A DNA stretch of 62,889 nt, the filler included, from Stramenopiles sp. TOSAG23-3 (Eukaryota): the NCBI GenBank assembly GCA_900128585.1. It is 7 parts of 7 records of this genome, joined end to end, with 100 filler letters (N's around TTAATTAATTAA, not from the genome) between each part and the next. Parts side by side here need not be neighbours in the genome. Positions count along the whole stretch, not along the records: positions 40,941 to 51,030 come from LT642848.1; positions 51,131 to 61,217 come from LT642849.1; 5 more parts are not named here. One strand, given 5' to 3'. Below are positions 43,084-53,869 of the stretch, in pieces (the first letter of the stretch is position 1; every line of letters begins with the position of its first letter). The notes under the pieces are model-generated. The model was not told where the DNA came from and made no database searches. It saw only the letters and a program-made list of their open reading frames with translations. The translations under genes and the position numbers were made by a program.

Positions 43084-44844
43084 TTATTTCAGTTCAAAAG
43101 AGATAAAGTCCACTGTGCTGATATACCCCCGTAATTCATCGTCGTCACTGCCACTTTCATCGGTTGAAACGTATTTAAACGTTCCCCAGTCCTGCTTTTG
43201 CATCCCCTCTTCCATTTTTTCTGCAGGGCTTGTTTCCATCGACTGATTATTTGGGGTATTTTGCTGGGGCTTTACGAGATTGGGTTCCTCATGACTTGGG
43301 GTGCTTGTTGCCTTTTGCCAGTTCAGTGCGTCTTCAAGGGAAGTCTGAAGACAATAACAACGAATGTAAGTCTTGGCGGTCTTCACTGTGATGAGCTCTG
43401 GAAATTTCAACGAGTGCAGGGCTGCTAATTTACGATTCACAAACACTCCATTAAGCGCCTTTACGATCGTTTCGGATGGTAAAACTTCGCTATCGGCAAA
43501 TAGTCGCTCGACTACTGCATCCATGACTTGGTCAACGTGACCGTTCCATTCGGAAACCGTTTCACTATCGTTGGAACACTTCTCTTCCGCGCTGTCACTG
43601 TCGCAACTGTTGTTTTCAAACTCGTCCGACAATTTCATGTTTTCGATCCTCCTCGTCGTGGCCTTCTTCCTCCTGCTGCTACTCTTTTTGCTCTTTTGAA
43701 ACTTGTGCATCTGCATGTGGACTCGATCTTCCTTGGCCTTAGCTTTTTTCTCGTACTCGTATGCAACCCGCTTTTCTTCCCTCTCTTCCGTGAGGGCATG
43801 AATGTTTTTCGTCAATGCCTGTTTCTGCTCCATTTCCTTAAGCCGTCGCTGCTTTTCCACGACCCCCATCGCCAGGCCAGCGAGCGCATCGATTATCATG
43901 GCCATAAACCCAAGTCCAAAAAATATGAAAAACATCGAACCAAGCCTGCTGCTGTTTGATGGAACAATGTCGCCCAAGCCTATAGTTGTAAAGGTGATCA
44001 CAACAAACCATAGGCCATCGAGAAACGTCAAACCATCCATCGAACAAATGTAAAACACAAAAATAAGGACCCAGACCGTCAGCGCAGCGACAGCAAAACC
44101 GACCTTAAAACGATCGCGGGCGAGGCCGGAAATGTCGATGTTAAACTTTACCAGGGCTTCGCTGAATTCGTGGAGATTCAATGTACCATCGCTATTTTCA
44201 TCACGAGATTCGATGAACAGGTCTATTTCGTCTATGCTTAACATAACGTTCAATTCTTTGAACGCAGACTGTAATTCTTCTGGGTCCAGAACTCCGGTGC
44301 CGTCCAAGTCAAATTTTTCAAATGCTGCACGAACTTCGCCCGAATTCTGAAGGACAAAGTGCATCACAATACTGAAGATTTTATGGGTGAACATCGTGTA
44401 ACTGACGATAACAAGGGGAATCCCGACCATGGCTAAAATTAGACCGGCAACCTTTCCTTCGGGGGTTACAACAGAAAAGTCCCCATACCCGACCGTGGTG
44501 ATTATGGTAAAACAGTAAAAAAATGTTCGCTGGAATGCATACTGCCCCCCAGGGACCCAGGTATCGGCCTGGTCGTCCCTGCCGACAAAATTGTTGGTTC
44601 CTGCACTGGGATCTATGCCAATCAAGCTTGTCAACGTGTCAAAATCCGTTTTGGACAGGTTTGCCTCTGCTTTTATTCGTGACATAAACGCGATGTACTT
44701 TTCATTCTGTGCTTGCTCTACCGGCGATTCAAAGTGTATGATAGCAAAGGAAGCCACCAATGTTATAAAACAAACCAGCAGAAATACCTCCAGCAAAGGC
44801 GCAAGAGCAATAAACCACGCGTGTTTGTGCAGATGACTCGGCAA
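43084..44844 (-). CDS. Two-pore-domain (K2P/TPK-like) potassium channel with an internal EF-hand pair; no ATG before TM1
   Basis: 4TM/2P topology with filters TTVGYGD and TTIGLGD; EF loops DLDGTGVLDPEE and DENSDGTLNLHE lie between TM2 and TM3. Confidence 0.9.
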   Translation of the reverse strand: MPSHLHKHAWFIALAPLLEVFLLVCFITLVASFAIIHFESPVEQAQNEKYIAFMSRIKAEANLSKTDFDTLTSLIGIDPSAGTNNFVGRDDQADTWVPGGQYAFQRTFFYCFTIITTVGYGDFSVVTPEGKVAGLILAMVGIPLVIVSYTMFTHKIFSIVMHFVLQNSGEVRAAFEKFDLDGTGVLDPEELQSAFKELNVMLSIDEIDLFIESRDENSDGTLNLHEFSEALVKFNIDISGLARDRFKVGFAVAALTVWVLIFVFYICSMDGLTFLDGLWFVVITFTTIGLGDIVPSNSSRLGSMFFIFFGLGFMAMIIDALAGLAMGVVEKQRRLKEMEQKQALTKNIHALTEEREEKRVAYEYEKKAKAKEDRVHMQMHKFQKSKKSSSRRKKATTRRIENMKLSDEFENNSCDSDSAEEKCSNDSETVSEWNGHVDQVMDAVVERLFADSEVLPSETIVKALNGVFVNRKLAALHSLKFPELITVKTAKTYIRCYCLQTSLEDALNWQKATSTPSHEEPNLVKPQQNTPNNQSMETSPAEKMEEGMQKQDWGTFKYVSTDESGSDDDELRGYISTVDFISFELK

Positions 44845-46357
44845 GCATGTTTTGTAGCGCCGCGGAGCTTTCGTCTATATCAATCGACCGTTTCATGTAA
44901 TGTTCGGCCATTGATAGATACCGAACATGGCACTTAGAAGAATCTTCGGAGCAAGCATTGCTGTGGCTTTCAGCAAGGCCGTGTAAAGCAATATGGTCGT
45001 TTTCGTTTCTGGCTAATGCATTTTGCCACAGTATTTCCGTGTTTTGCCATTTCTGATATTCCATCTCAAGGCCCCCGTCTAGATAACGGAAACAGAGGGA
45101 ACCGAGTAGTCCAAAATATCCCAGACAAAAGAGTTTCGAGCGCGACGAAATTCTCGCAGATGTCACAGAGAGAATGGGAACAACAACTAAAAATTCTACG
45201 AGGTTCAGATAACGAATGTGCGGGGTCCCGGCATGTAAACCCATCGCAGAGACAAGTACAACCGGCGACAACATTGCTACTAAGCTGATAGCAAAAAGGC
45301 ACAGCATTTTGATAAGCTTTCTAGTCCTTGCGGACACTAAAGCACATGCTGCAACAATCACACATGACACCATCACAACTACAAATACCCGGCTAAGATC
45401 TGGGACAGCAATAAAGCAATGGCGCCCAGGGACGCTGGAACCGGGAGTATCAGTGCTGGTTTCAAAAAAATAATGAACGCAACGGTCCCCCAAAGGTATT
45501 ATTTCACCAATATAAAACCAAGTTGAGGAATACACAATTTTTATAAACTTCTCCAGCGGAGGCAGGCCGTTAGAAGGCCGGTGGCCGCCGTACTGCTCTT
45601 GCCTGTTTGCCCAAAACGTAGTATAAATTCCACAAAAAGCTGCCAAAAATCGCCATACACTGTTTGCCATCGACGGTATCTTTTCGCCCAGAGCGATATC
45701 CAGCAGCGTCGGGAGCACGATGAACGGGACAGCAACACTTTTGGACAAGACAGCGAAAACATAAAACATAGCAAACATGAAGTGCCATTTTCCAGATTTG
45801 CTTTCTTTCCACTTTAAGTAGCTAAAAAGGGACACGGATAAGAAAAACAGAGCATGACTGTAACCTATACCGCTAGCCCAGGCAAATACTTCTACCCTAT
45901 TGGGCGAGATGTTGAAAACGGCCAGTGTTGCCCAAACAATGGCAACATTTTGGAGTGACAAATTTTTCACGGTAGAGTACGATATCACTTTTAAGACAGA
46001 TATGAGCACAGCGCATGAAGCTAGTGCATGAAATGTAATTGAACTATACAGATGCGCCGCTCGGGTATTCTGGAACATCAAGGCCGTGAGAAGCTTCAGC
46101 GTCGAGCTAATTGGTTCCCAGACTTTCAAAATGCAATTATCTGGCACCGGTGTCCAAACATCCTCTATCAATGTTCTCGCAATAGACTTGTTCCCATTTC
46201 TGTACAGCCACTTGTCAACACCCTTTTCTACGAAATTTAAATGATCATCATAGCGCAAGAAATTGTTTTCAAGTCGTGCACTCACGTGTTGGTAATGGAC
46301 ATAAAAAACGAAACTAAAAAGAGTCACACACGCCAATGGCACTGGGCTCATCATCAT
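44729..46357 (-). CDS. TMTC-like (GT-C fold) membrane glycosyltransferase, TPR region short or truncated
   Basis: NFLRYDD acidic pair, PNRVEVFAWASG, AVLSKSVAV, RYL and WQNTEILWQNAL, followed by one TPR-like unit; many TM helices. Confidence 0.78.
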   Translation of the reverse strand: MMMSPVPLACVTLFSFVFYVHYQHVSARLENNFLRYDDHLNFVEKGVDKWLYRNGNKSIARTLIEDVWTPVPDNCILKVWEPISSTLKLLTALMFQNTRAAHLYSSITFHALASCAVLISVLKVISYSTVKNLSLQNVAIVWATLAVFNISPNRVEVFAWASGIGYSHALFFLSVSLFSYLKWKESKSGKWHFMFAMFYVFAVLSKSVAVPFIVLPTLLDIALGEKIPSMANSVWRFLAAFCGIYTTFWANRQEQYGGHRPSNGLPPLEKFIKIVYSSTWFYIGEIIPLGDRCVHYFFETSTDTPGSSVPGRHCFIAVPDLSRVFVVVMVSCVIVAACALVSARTRKLIKMLCLFAISLVAMLSPVVLVSAMGLHAGTPHIRYLNLVEFLVVVPILSVTSARISSRSKLFCLGYFGLLGSLCFRYLDGGLEMEYQKWQNTEILWQNALARNENDHIALHGLAESHSNACSEDSSKCHVRYLSMAEHYMKRSIDIDESSAALQNMLAESSAQTRVVYCSCAFAGGISAGLFYNIGGFLCYHTL

Positions 46358-47254
46358 ATTAACACAGAACAATGCACCGTGTAAAGTGGAACTCTTTCAT
46401 CAAAGGTCAGTTAATCGTCTGGTATATTGCGTTCAATCTGGTTCCAAGAATAAAAAAGAACGAATTGTATTTTGTTTATCCATATATAATATAGTAGAAC
46501 AACCATCACTTCAATTCACTCATACGAGGATATATAGATTCATGGTGGCACGGCGGACGACGGATGGACGGACCGGACCCATCATCACACACACACCATC
46601 CAACACAACAATATAATAAAAAAATAAAATAATAATATGAATTATTTTATTATTTTATTATTTTATGGATGATCATCATCGAAGAAAAAAATCTCTTTAC
46701 TTTTTTTATAGAATAACCCTATACCCTATAATATCCCTCTCGCTCCCCTCTCCCCTCTCCCCCTACTACTAAAAACCTTATTATTTTCGAGACTTATAAT
46801 TTATAAAATGCTCGCTCGCTCCTCGCTCCTTGCTACATTATTTTTTATGCAAGGGGATAAGGTGCTCCCAGGACACAGGGGATTCTTCATTATAGATGAA
46901 GACAATCACTCTGTTCTGTGTGGCTGTTAATTCCCAGTGCTTGATGATTTATAAAAAAAACTAAGGCTCTTTAGCGTATTCATACGCTCGGCAAGCTGCG
47001 AAGCGCGCGATCGATGAACTCTTGGACAAGAGCCGAAAGCTGACCGAAAGCTGATTATTAGTGGGCCAGCACAGTCTACGAGAGATTTCATAAAATGTCA
47101 CTTCGCCAGGGCACGCGTTTAACACGTTTAACGGTGCACTTACCTCCAGTACCTAGCGTGCGGGGAAACGCTTAACTTACAAACCATTGCATTACAGCAA
47201 GCTAAGCAGTCGACCAAAACTAAAGGTAGTGTAATTTTGCAATAACATTTATAT

Positions 47255-47301
47255 CAAGAAAATTGGCTGTTATTTAAGTAATTAAATTTAGCTTCGTCGT
47301 A
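47255..47301 (+). repeat. Family A element
   Basis: CAAGAAAATTGGCTGTTATTTAAGTAATTAAATTTAGCTTCGTCGTA. Confidence 0.9.
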
Positions 47302-47434
47302 ATAACATTTTAAAATATAATATGATATTAAGAATTTCTTATTTCTTAAATTTTCAAAAAAAGAGCGTCTCTTGTATTTCAGTGAAATGAATATTGCATT
47401 TTCTAAATACACTGTTTAGTCCTCCGGGTTATTC

Positions 47435-49333
47435 TTATTCGGTCTGGGTTTCATAATAGCACACCGTCCCGGCCTCACCACTTTTGGCGTACAACTTCTT
47501 GATCCATCCGGTCCCCAGTTCACCCGCTGATCCGACGTTTCCAGGGTTGAAATTGAAACTTCTGGTTTCTACTTTGGTATGTAAGTCTACCTCTAGCTTT
47601 GACTTCTCCGTTGCACTCTCTTTGCATTTCTGGGTCGTCCTGAACAGCGACACCAATTCTGGAACAACATTGGGCAAAATCGGACCGCTAAGCTCCAGCG
47701 CATGGAACTCCCCCTTTTCCACCCGGACGGTAGAATTTCTCGTCACTTCCAACGATCGAGTCGTGGAGTTTTTGAAAGGGGTGCCGGAGAGCAAGACTGG
47801 CAGTTCGACCGGCTGAATTCCCATTTTCGAGAAGCGCATGTTCAAGAGGAAGTCAAAGACCCCTTGCACCGCCCACTCCCCGGTAACGTAGAGCGTGCTG
47901 TTCACACCATTCACGTCTTTCCCAGTCCTCCTTCGCATTCGTGTCTGCTGGCGACTTCCAGCAATTTCAGATGCATCCTGCAACAGCTTTAGCTCCCTTA
48001 ATACATCATCATCGGTTTCCTCCTGAAGGTCCGTGTTGTTCGCATCGTGCGGCATGGTGTAAGGTATGGACAGCTTTCGCAAGGCCCCACGGAGCCCTCG
48101 GGTGGACGGACTAATGACAACCCTCGGGATAGACGCGCCCTTTCCGTTCTTATGCTGTTTGTGGTGCACAAACATCGCGGTGAACGATGTGTTAAAGTAA
48201 AAATGGCTGATTTTTTTCCTGCAAAACAAACCAAAGAGGGACGAAAAGGCTTCTTCCCAATCCCGCTGCCGGCTATCAAAGAAGTTCGACAGCGCGTCTT
48301 TCATGCTAGTCTTGGCGTCGACATTCCCAAGCGACGAGCCCGACAAATTCCGGGTCGCTTTCTTCTTCAGCATTTCCGATTTTAGCAGGGCACTGCGTAG
48401 CCCCAAAAATGCAGGCGGCAGTTCTGCTGCAGGGTGAACGGCGTACATCAGGGCCTTCCGGAAATTCGCCGACGTGCTGCATTTTTCGCCGGTGTTACCA
48501 CGAAGCATTCCACCCCATACAACGGGTGCCACCTGTTCACCGGGAAGCGGGGCGTGAAACGCAGAGATTGCCTCCGATGCCTCAACACAAGATGCAATTT
48601 TTGCCCATTCAAAAGGAGCTTTCGAAAGGAACCTAACCCTTTGTTTAAGGGTGTAGTCGACTGGGCACGACCCCATGGGCCTGTACGCGGCGTCTGGTAC
48701 GAGGGTCTTGGCCGCCCCTGCAGTTTCGTCTTCAGCTTCTCTTTCGGCCAACCCGATGGAATCGCCATCGCGCCATTCTAAACTAGCATCCCCAATGCTA
48801 CTACCACTTTTGCCGCCCGCCCTTCCAGGGGCCGACGGCATGAAGGAAGTAATGGAGCGCAGCAGTACGTCTAGCTGGGAAACTGTTTTCGCATCTTCTA
48901 CCGTATTTTCCGCTGCGTCCATGCTATCCTCGTTGTTCTGAAAGCTCCTATCGTGCGACTCTGGCTCAAAATTATTCTTTGCCGGTTTAAACGTAGCAAA
49001 CATATGTTGCGAACTGCCGCCAGCGATGTCCGGGCTGTTTGAAGAGTTGCGGCGAGACAGCGGCGCCGACGCCGAACGACGCAGACTACTTCCAAGAGAA
49101 GTGTCAACGGATGCCAACGAGGCGACAGAGAGGGTGTTTGCCCTGGTGCTGCCGACCCGGCTGGTTCCTAGCTTCTTCAGCAGTCCAAGACTGATGTTAT
49201 CGTTCACAACGTTCTCTCTATTTTCTCTTTCACGCGCAGGGTTCATTTTCTTCCGCTTCTTCTCCTGCCGCAGGAATTCTTTCGCCGACAAACGACGCTT
49301 CCCCGCCCCTTTGCCTAACTGCCCGTCTGCCAT
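47435..49333 (-). CDS. DONSON: DONSON (replisome assembly factor)
   Basis: PVDYTLKQRVRFLS..PFEW, WEEAFSSLF, ISPSTRGLRGALR, LPVLLSGTPFKNST and LELSGPILP. Confidence 0.88.
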   Translation of the reverse strand: MADGQLGKGAGKRRLSAKEFLRQEKKRKKMNPARERENRENVVNDNISLGLLKKLGTSRVGSTRANTLSVASLASVDTSLGSSLRRSASAPLSRRNSSNSPDIAGGSSQHMFATFKPAKNNFEPESHDRSFQNNEDSMDAAENTVEDAKTVSQLDVLLRSITSFMPSAPGRAGGKSGSSIGDASLEWRDGDSIGLAEREAEDETAGAAKTLVPDAAYRPMGSCPVDYTLKQRVRFLSKAPFEWAKIASCVEASEAISAFHAPLPGEQVAPVVWGGMLRGNTGEKCSTSANFRKALMYAVHPAAELPPAFLGLRSALLKSEMLKKKATRNLSGSSLGNVDAKTSMKDALSNFFDSRQRDWEEAFSSLFGLFCRKKISHFYFNTSFTAMFVHHKQHKNGKGASIPRVVISPSTRGLRGALRKLSIPYTMPHDANNTDLQEETDDDVLRELKLLQDASEIAGSRQQTRMRRRTGKDVNGVNSTLYVTGEWAVQGVFDFLLNMRFSKMGIQPVELPVLLSGTPFKNSTTRSLEVTRNSTVRVEKGEFHALELSGPILPNVVPELVSLFRTTQKCKESATEKSKLEVDLHTKVETRSFNFNPGNVGSAGELGTGWIKKLYAKSGEAGTVCYYETQTE

Positions 49334-50354
49334 TACGTTCCTACAAAAGCGGCTCTGCCTCGGAGAGAGAATAAAAATTGATTAGAGTTTAACACCACAC
49401 ACAGACAAACACGCGATACAAACCGAACCGTTTGCTTGCAGGTAGTAGATACTATCGGATTCAACTCCTTTGCTCTTTCTTTTACAATGGATTCTTAACA
49501 TTGTTTCTTTTATTCTTTTCTAGAACTGAAGTGGGACTTGTAGAGGTGCAAGTAGTAAATTCAACAAACTAATACAAGGGAAGGGGTAATTCAACGTTAT
49601 ATAGAGGGGATGATATACTAGATATTCGTACCGTACAATCGTATTACCACTTAGTACGTACCAAATAGTAATAACCAATAGTAAGTAAGAATAGAGAATA
49701 CTAATTTGTTTATATAAGTAAGGATTTAGATTCCAGCTATCAAAAAATAAAAGCGCGGCGGTGAGGTGGTTGGTTTGAGTGTATAACATAAAGATAGCAT
49801 AGAACACAGTAATATTAATGGTTTGGCGGCAAACTTTGAAAGAAGGTGGTACAGCACAGGCACAGGCGGAAGAAGGAAAGAAAAGAGGAAGAATAATATT
49901 GATTAAACTTCTCCTTCCTCTTATTATTATGATGTTTTTATTTGCCTTACACAACATAAAGTCCTATTTTATAGATTTTTTAGTTCTTCTTCTTTTCTTC
50001 TTCTTCTTTTCTACTTCTATTTAAAATACCACCACGTATAATAATAAAAAAATCGAAGGAAGAAGAAGAAGAAAATTGCATAATATATTTGTTGTTCTTG
50101 CTGCTATAGAAGTTTTATGTGTAAGTGGTCAATATTTTAAATGAGGGTACAGGTAATAATGTGGTGTTCTTCTCATGAAGTGTGTATATAATATTTAGTT
50201 TGTTTATAATTATATATATTATAATACTTCTTTCGAACGTGTGAAGCTCTAATAAAAAAATAAAAAGAAGAAACAAATAACTGAAGACGAGCCAATTGTT
50301 TGTCCATTTTTAAATATTCCTCGTATGCACATATATATATTATTGGCGTGTTGT

Positions 50355-51030
50355 TTATGATTGGAATTTCACCACCTCCTCTAGCCCCAGGTCATCCCAA
50401 AGGTTTGATCGGTGGAATCGATCGGTCTGTTCTCCAACGGAATCTTCGACAAAACTACCATCGCTCATTTCTTGTATTAAAAACCACAGTCCCGTGTTTC
50501 TTTGGCTGGCGTTTACCTTTTTGATAGCTATTTGAAGCATGCGAGGGGACCCAATGAAAATAGCAAGGCGCTCCGCGCGAGTAAGACCGGTGTACAACAG
50601 GTTTTTGGAAAGCATGTGGAAATGTTCGTTCAGGACTGGCATTACGACAACGGGAAATTCGGACCCTTGGCTTTTGTGAATGGTGCACGCGTAGGCTAAC
50701 CTTAAACGCTTCGATGCTGCGCCCTCGTACCGGCCTCTTCGCCCGCCGTCGAACTCCACAACGTACGCGCGCCCCCCTTTCGAATAGTACCTCTTCACAA
50801 CTTTGCCGATCTCACCGTTCCACACCCCCAGGTTGTAATCGTTGGCGTCTTGCATGACGCGGTCGCCTACCGACAGAAGTCCGGGGTTCTTGCTATCTGC
50901 GTTTTCATTCACCGAAATTTGCACACGGTTGCATATGCTGGTGGTCCCACACTGGCCACGGACCATGGGGCTTAGGAACTGGACGTCGTTGCCAACGTCA
51001 AAGCCAAGGGATTTGATAAAATTCAACATT
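50355..51030 (-). CDS. recD2: RecD2-type SF1B helicase, C-terminal part (5' cut by the scaffold end)
   Basis: VQFLSPM..G..G...N, VGDRVMQDANDYNLGVWNGEIG, LAYACTIHKSQGSEFPVVV, HMLSKNLLYTGLTRA and RNTGL. Confidence 0.88.
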
Positions 51031-51610
51031 NNNNNNNNNNNNNNNNNNNNNNNNNNNNNNNNNNNNNNNNNNNNTTAATTAATTAANNNNNNNNNNNNNN
51101 NNNNNNNNNNNNNNNNNNNNNNNNNNNNNNTAAAAATAAAAACACTTTGAAATTGTTTTTGTATAATTATTCTTATTTTTTACATTGAATAGTGAGGAGA
51201 AGGATGTTGGATAAAAAATAAAATATTATTATTATTATTATCGGACTCTATCCCATACATACTCTCCTTCAAACGACGGGCTACATATACTTTCGTTTAA
51301 GAATCATACCATTTCAGTTGATTTAGATTGAATCAAAATCATAGGTATGGAATGTTTTTGCTTTGAATGTCAACGAAGTATTCTAACTGTTCATAATTCA
51401 ATTAAAAATACGAAAGAGTTTAGCTCCATAAAAACAACTGTGGGATTTTAAATTAACAAAAGTTCGAAAGATCCAAGAGTTGTTGGATCTTGACCCTTGC
51501 GCTCGGGAAAGACAACAAATCAGCAAAAGCTGCTCGAGACAGACAGACATTCGGAGTCTGGAAAAGCAGTAGTCGCGACACCCAGGGAAACCTTTTTCTT
51601 TTCATTCAGC

Positions 51611-53507
51611 ATGTTTTATTCGCAGTTAATTCTGGCAAAGAAGGGGACGTTGGGAAAGATATGGCTTGCCGCCCATTTTGCTAAGAAGATCAACAAGGTC
51701 CACGTCCACTCAACAGATATTGATGCTTCTGTCGGTAAGTAACCAACATTTGAACCCAATTCGTGCCACACGTGACATTTACTAACGCCTTTTAACACTC
51801 CTCCCCACAACAGACTTTATCATTTCACCCACGGAACCCCTCTCTTTGCGCGTCTCTGGGCATCTTCTTCTTGGAATTGTCAGAATTTATTATCAAAAAT
51901 GCGAATACCTGCTGAACGATTGTAGTGAGGCACTGATTAAAATCAAGCTGGCGTTCAGAACCGCAGACGTTGACTTGCCCGTTCAAGACCAAGTCGCTTC
52001 ATCTAATGCTATCAACGCCGTTGGTTTTAATACCAGCTTCTTGTCCGTCTTTGATGATACTGCTCTCGAGACCATGGATGGGGAGGGCGATGAAGTCCTC
52101 CCTGGATTGCAGTTCTTAGAGCAGGAGTGGGAGCCCGTTTCCCACCAAGCTGCCGACCGGGACATTACCATGGCCTCCGCTTTCGCCGCTACGCCCCACA
52201 GCAGATCATCCATAAATGGGGCCGATTTCGATGAAAATTCTAGTATTTTAGGTAGCATGACGAAGCCTAGCGCCCGAGACAGAGAGGCACATGGATCAGG
52301 TAGCTTCATTTCAGTCTCTGACGTAGAAATTGGGCGCGACGGCACCCAGAGCAACGGGCAGCAATTGTTCTTGGGTGACGCCGACAACTTGGACAATGTG
52401 CCTCTTGATTCCTCGTTTACAAACGGGGCTAGGCAAAGTCTTGGTAACCAGAACGGCAATTCGATGGATTTGTCCGGCGGTATGGACTACAATTTAAACG
52501 AAAGCGAGCCCCATGGCGCAAATGACGGTGCGGGCCAGGAAAACGATGAAAATGGTGGGCTGCGGGTTAGGTTTGAAAACTTTGAATTAAGTGCCAATTC
52601 GCAGGCTCCGGAGAAGGAGGCGGACGCGGGCCGAGAAAGAAAACGAAGAAAAATAATTGTTGGTAAACGAGACCTGAACACACAATTAGAACACATGGAT
52701 GTTGACCACCGTCACATAGGTCTGACGGTGGACCGGGGCCCACGCGATGTCCTTTCGCTGCCACCCCTCCCAAACGAAAGTGGGATAGGGTATAAGCGCC
52801 GCCAGGATGTCATTGCAGACATAACGGCAGTGTCTGCAAAATTATTTACACACCGGTTCAACCCGTATGCAATGCTGGAAGGGCCCTCCCTGATGCGCTC
52901 AAATGAAATACCCAGGGAAATTCGGGCGGTCTTCGACATTGTGACAAGTTCCCTGCCTATTGAAGAAGTCCTACGCCTCTCAGAAGACAGCGACGAGCAT
53001 GAGTACTCCCAAGGCGGTTATGGGAGCTTTAATGTCGAAGGTGGCCGTGGTGCCCAAATTCAGCAGAATTTTTCGAACGATATGGGCAACGACGATATGC
53101 AAAAAAATTATATGGGTAGTCGTTTCAGCCTTTTGTCGGGGAACGGGGGAAATTTAGACGGCAGCTACCCATCTTTCAATTTAGATGATGGCGTAGAAAG
53201 ACTCTCTGACGAGGACATTGTGGACGAAGCTGCATCAAGGACGCCGGCCCGCCGTACACCCCGGAAAGATATGGGGACACATGTTTTGAACCCTTTGATG
53301 GAAAATATGATGAAAACTATCAAAGAAAAGGCTTCCAAGAAGCCTGTCGTCTTCCATGAAGTGGTGCAGAGCTGCAGCCGTAATTTGGCAGCCAAGTGTT
53401 TTTTTGATCTTTTGGTATTAAAAAGTAGGAACGAAGTCCAAATTCAACAAGCGCAAAGTCCTGATGGATATGGACCAATCACGATTAATGCTCCGATAGT
53501 GGCTTGA
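51611..53507 (+). CDS. RAD21: Cohesin kleisin Rad21/Scc1 (exons 51611-51734 and 51814-53507)
   Basis: MFYSQLILAKKGTLGKIWLAAH and, after splicing, PLSLRVSGHLLLGIVRIY; C-terminal winged helix SRNLAAKCFFDLLVLKS..YGPI. Confidence 0.93.
51735..51813 (+). other. Spliceosomal intron, 79 nt
   Basis: GTAAGT donor, TACTAAC branch point at 51780 and CAG acceptor; removal restores the Rad21 N-terminal domain in frame. Confidence 0.93.
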
Positions 53508-53555
53508 ACCGACGTCCTCAAAATATTTTTTACTACTTTGTAACATAATAATTAT

Positions 53556-53584
53556 CTTAAATAACAGCCAATTTTCTTGTTTTA
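53556..53584 (-). repeat. Family A element, 5' half
   Basis: CTTAAATAACAGCCAATTTTCTTGTTTTA between convergent genes. Confidence 0.85.
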
Positions 53585-53869
53585 ATTATCTTCTCAATTA
53601 AATTATTCATTGACAGCATGAACCATATTTTTGTTTTTTAAATATGACATTATCATCTTCTTAGGTTCAGGTTTTTTTTTAATTCCTGTAATGTTACCCA
53701 TTTTCTTTAATTTACAGAATACTCTTTTTAACTTTTTTCATTTAGTTTTTTCCACGTATAATTGCCCTCTCTGAGTCTCTTAAAAATTCTAAAGCGCCCG
53801 GCTATTTCCTTATAGTAAGCTTATCCAGTAAGACTTACGATTCTCATTCTTTCAGAACTCTCCTGGTGG

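Noticed and set aside
47008-47045. Hammerhead-like TCGATGA-hairpin-GAAA
   Set aside because: The core is TCGATGA rather than CTGATGA, stem II closure is mismatched, and stems I/III were not found.
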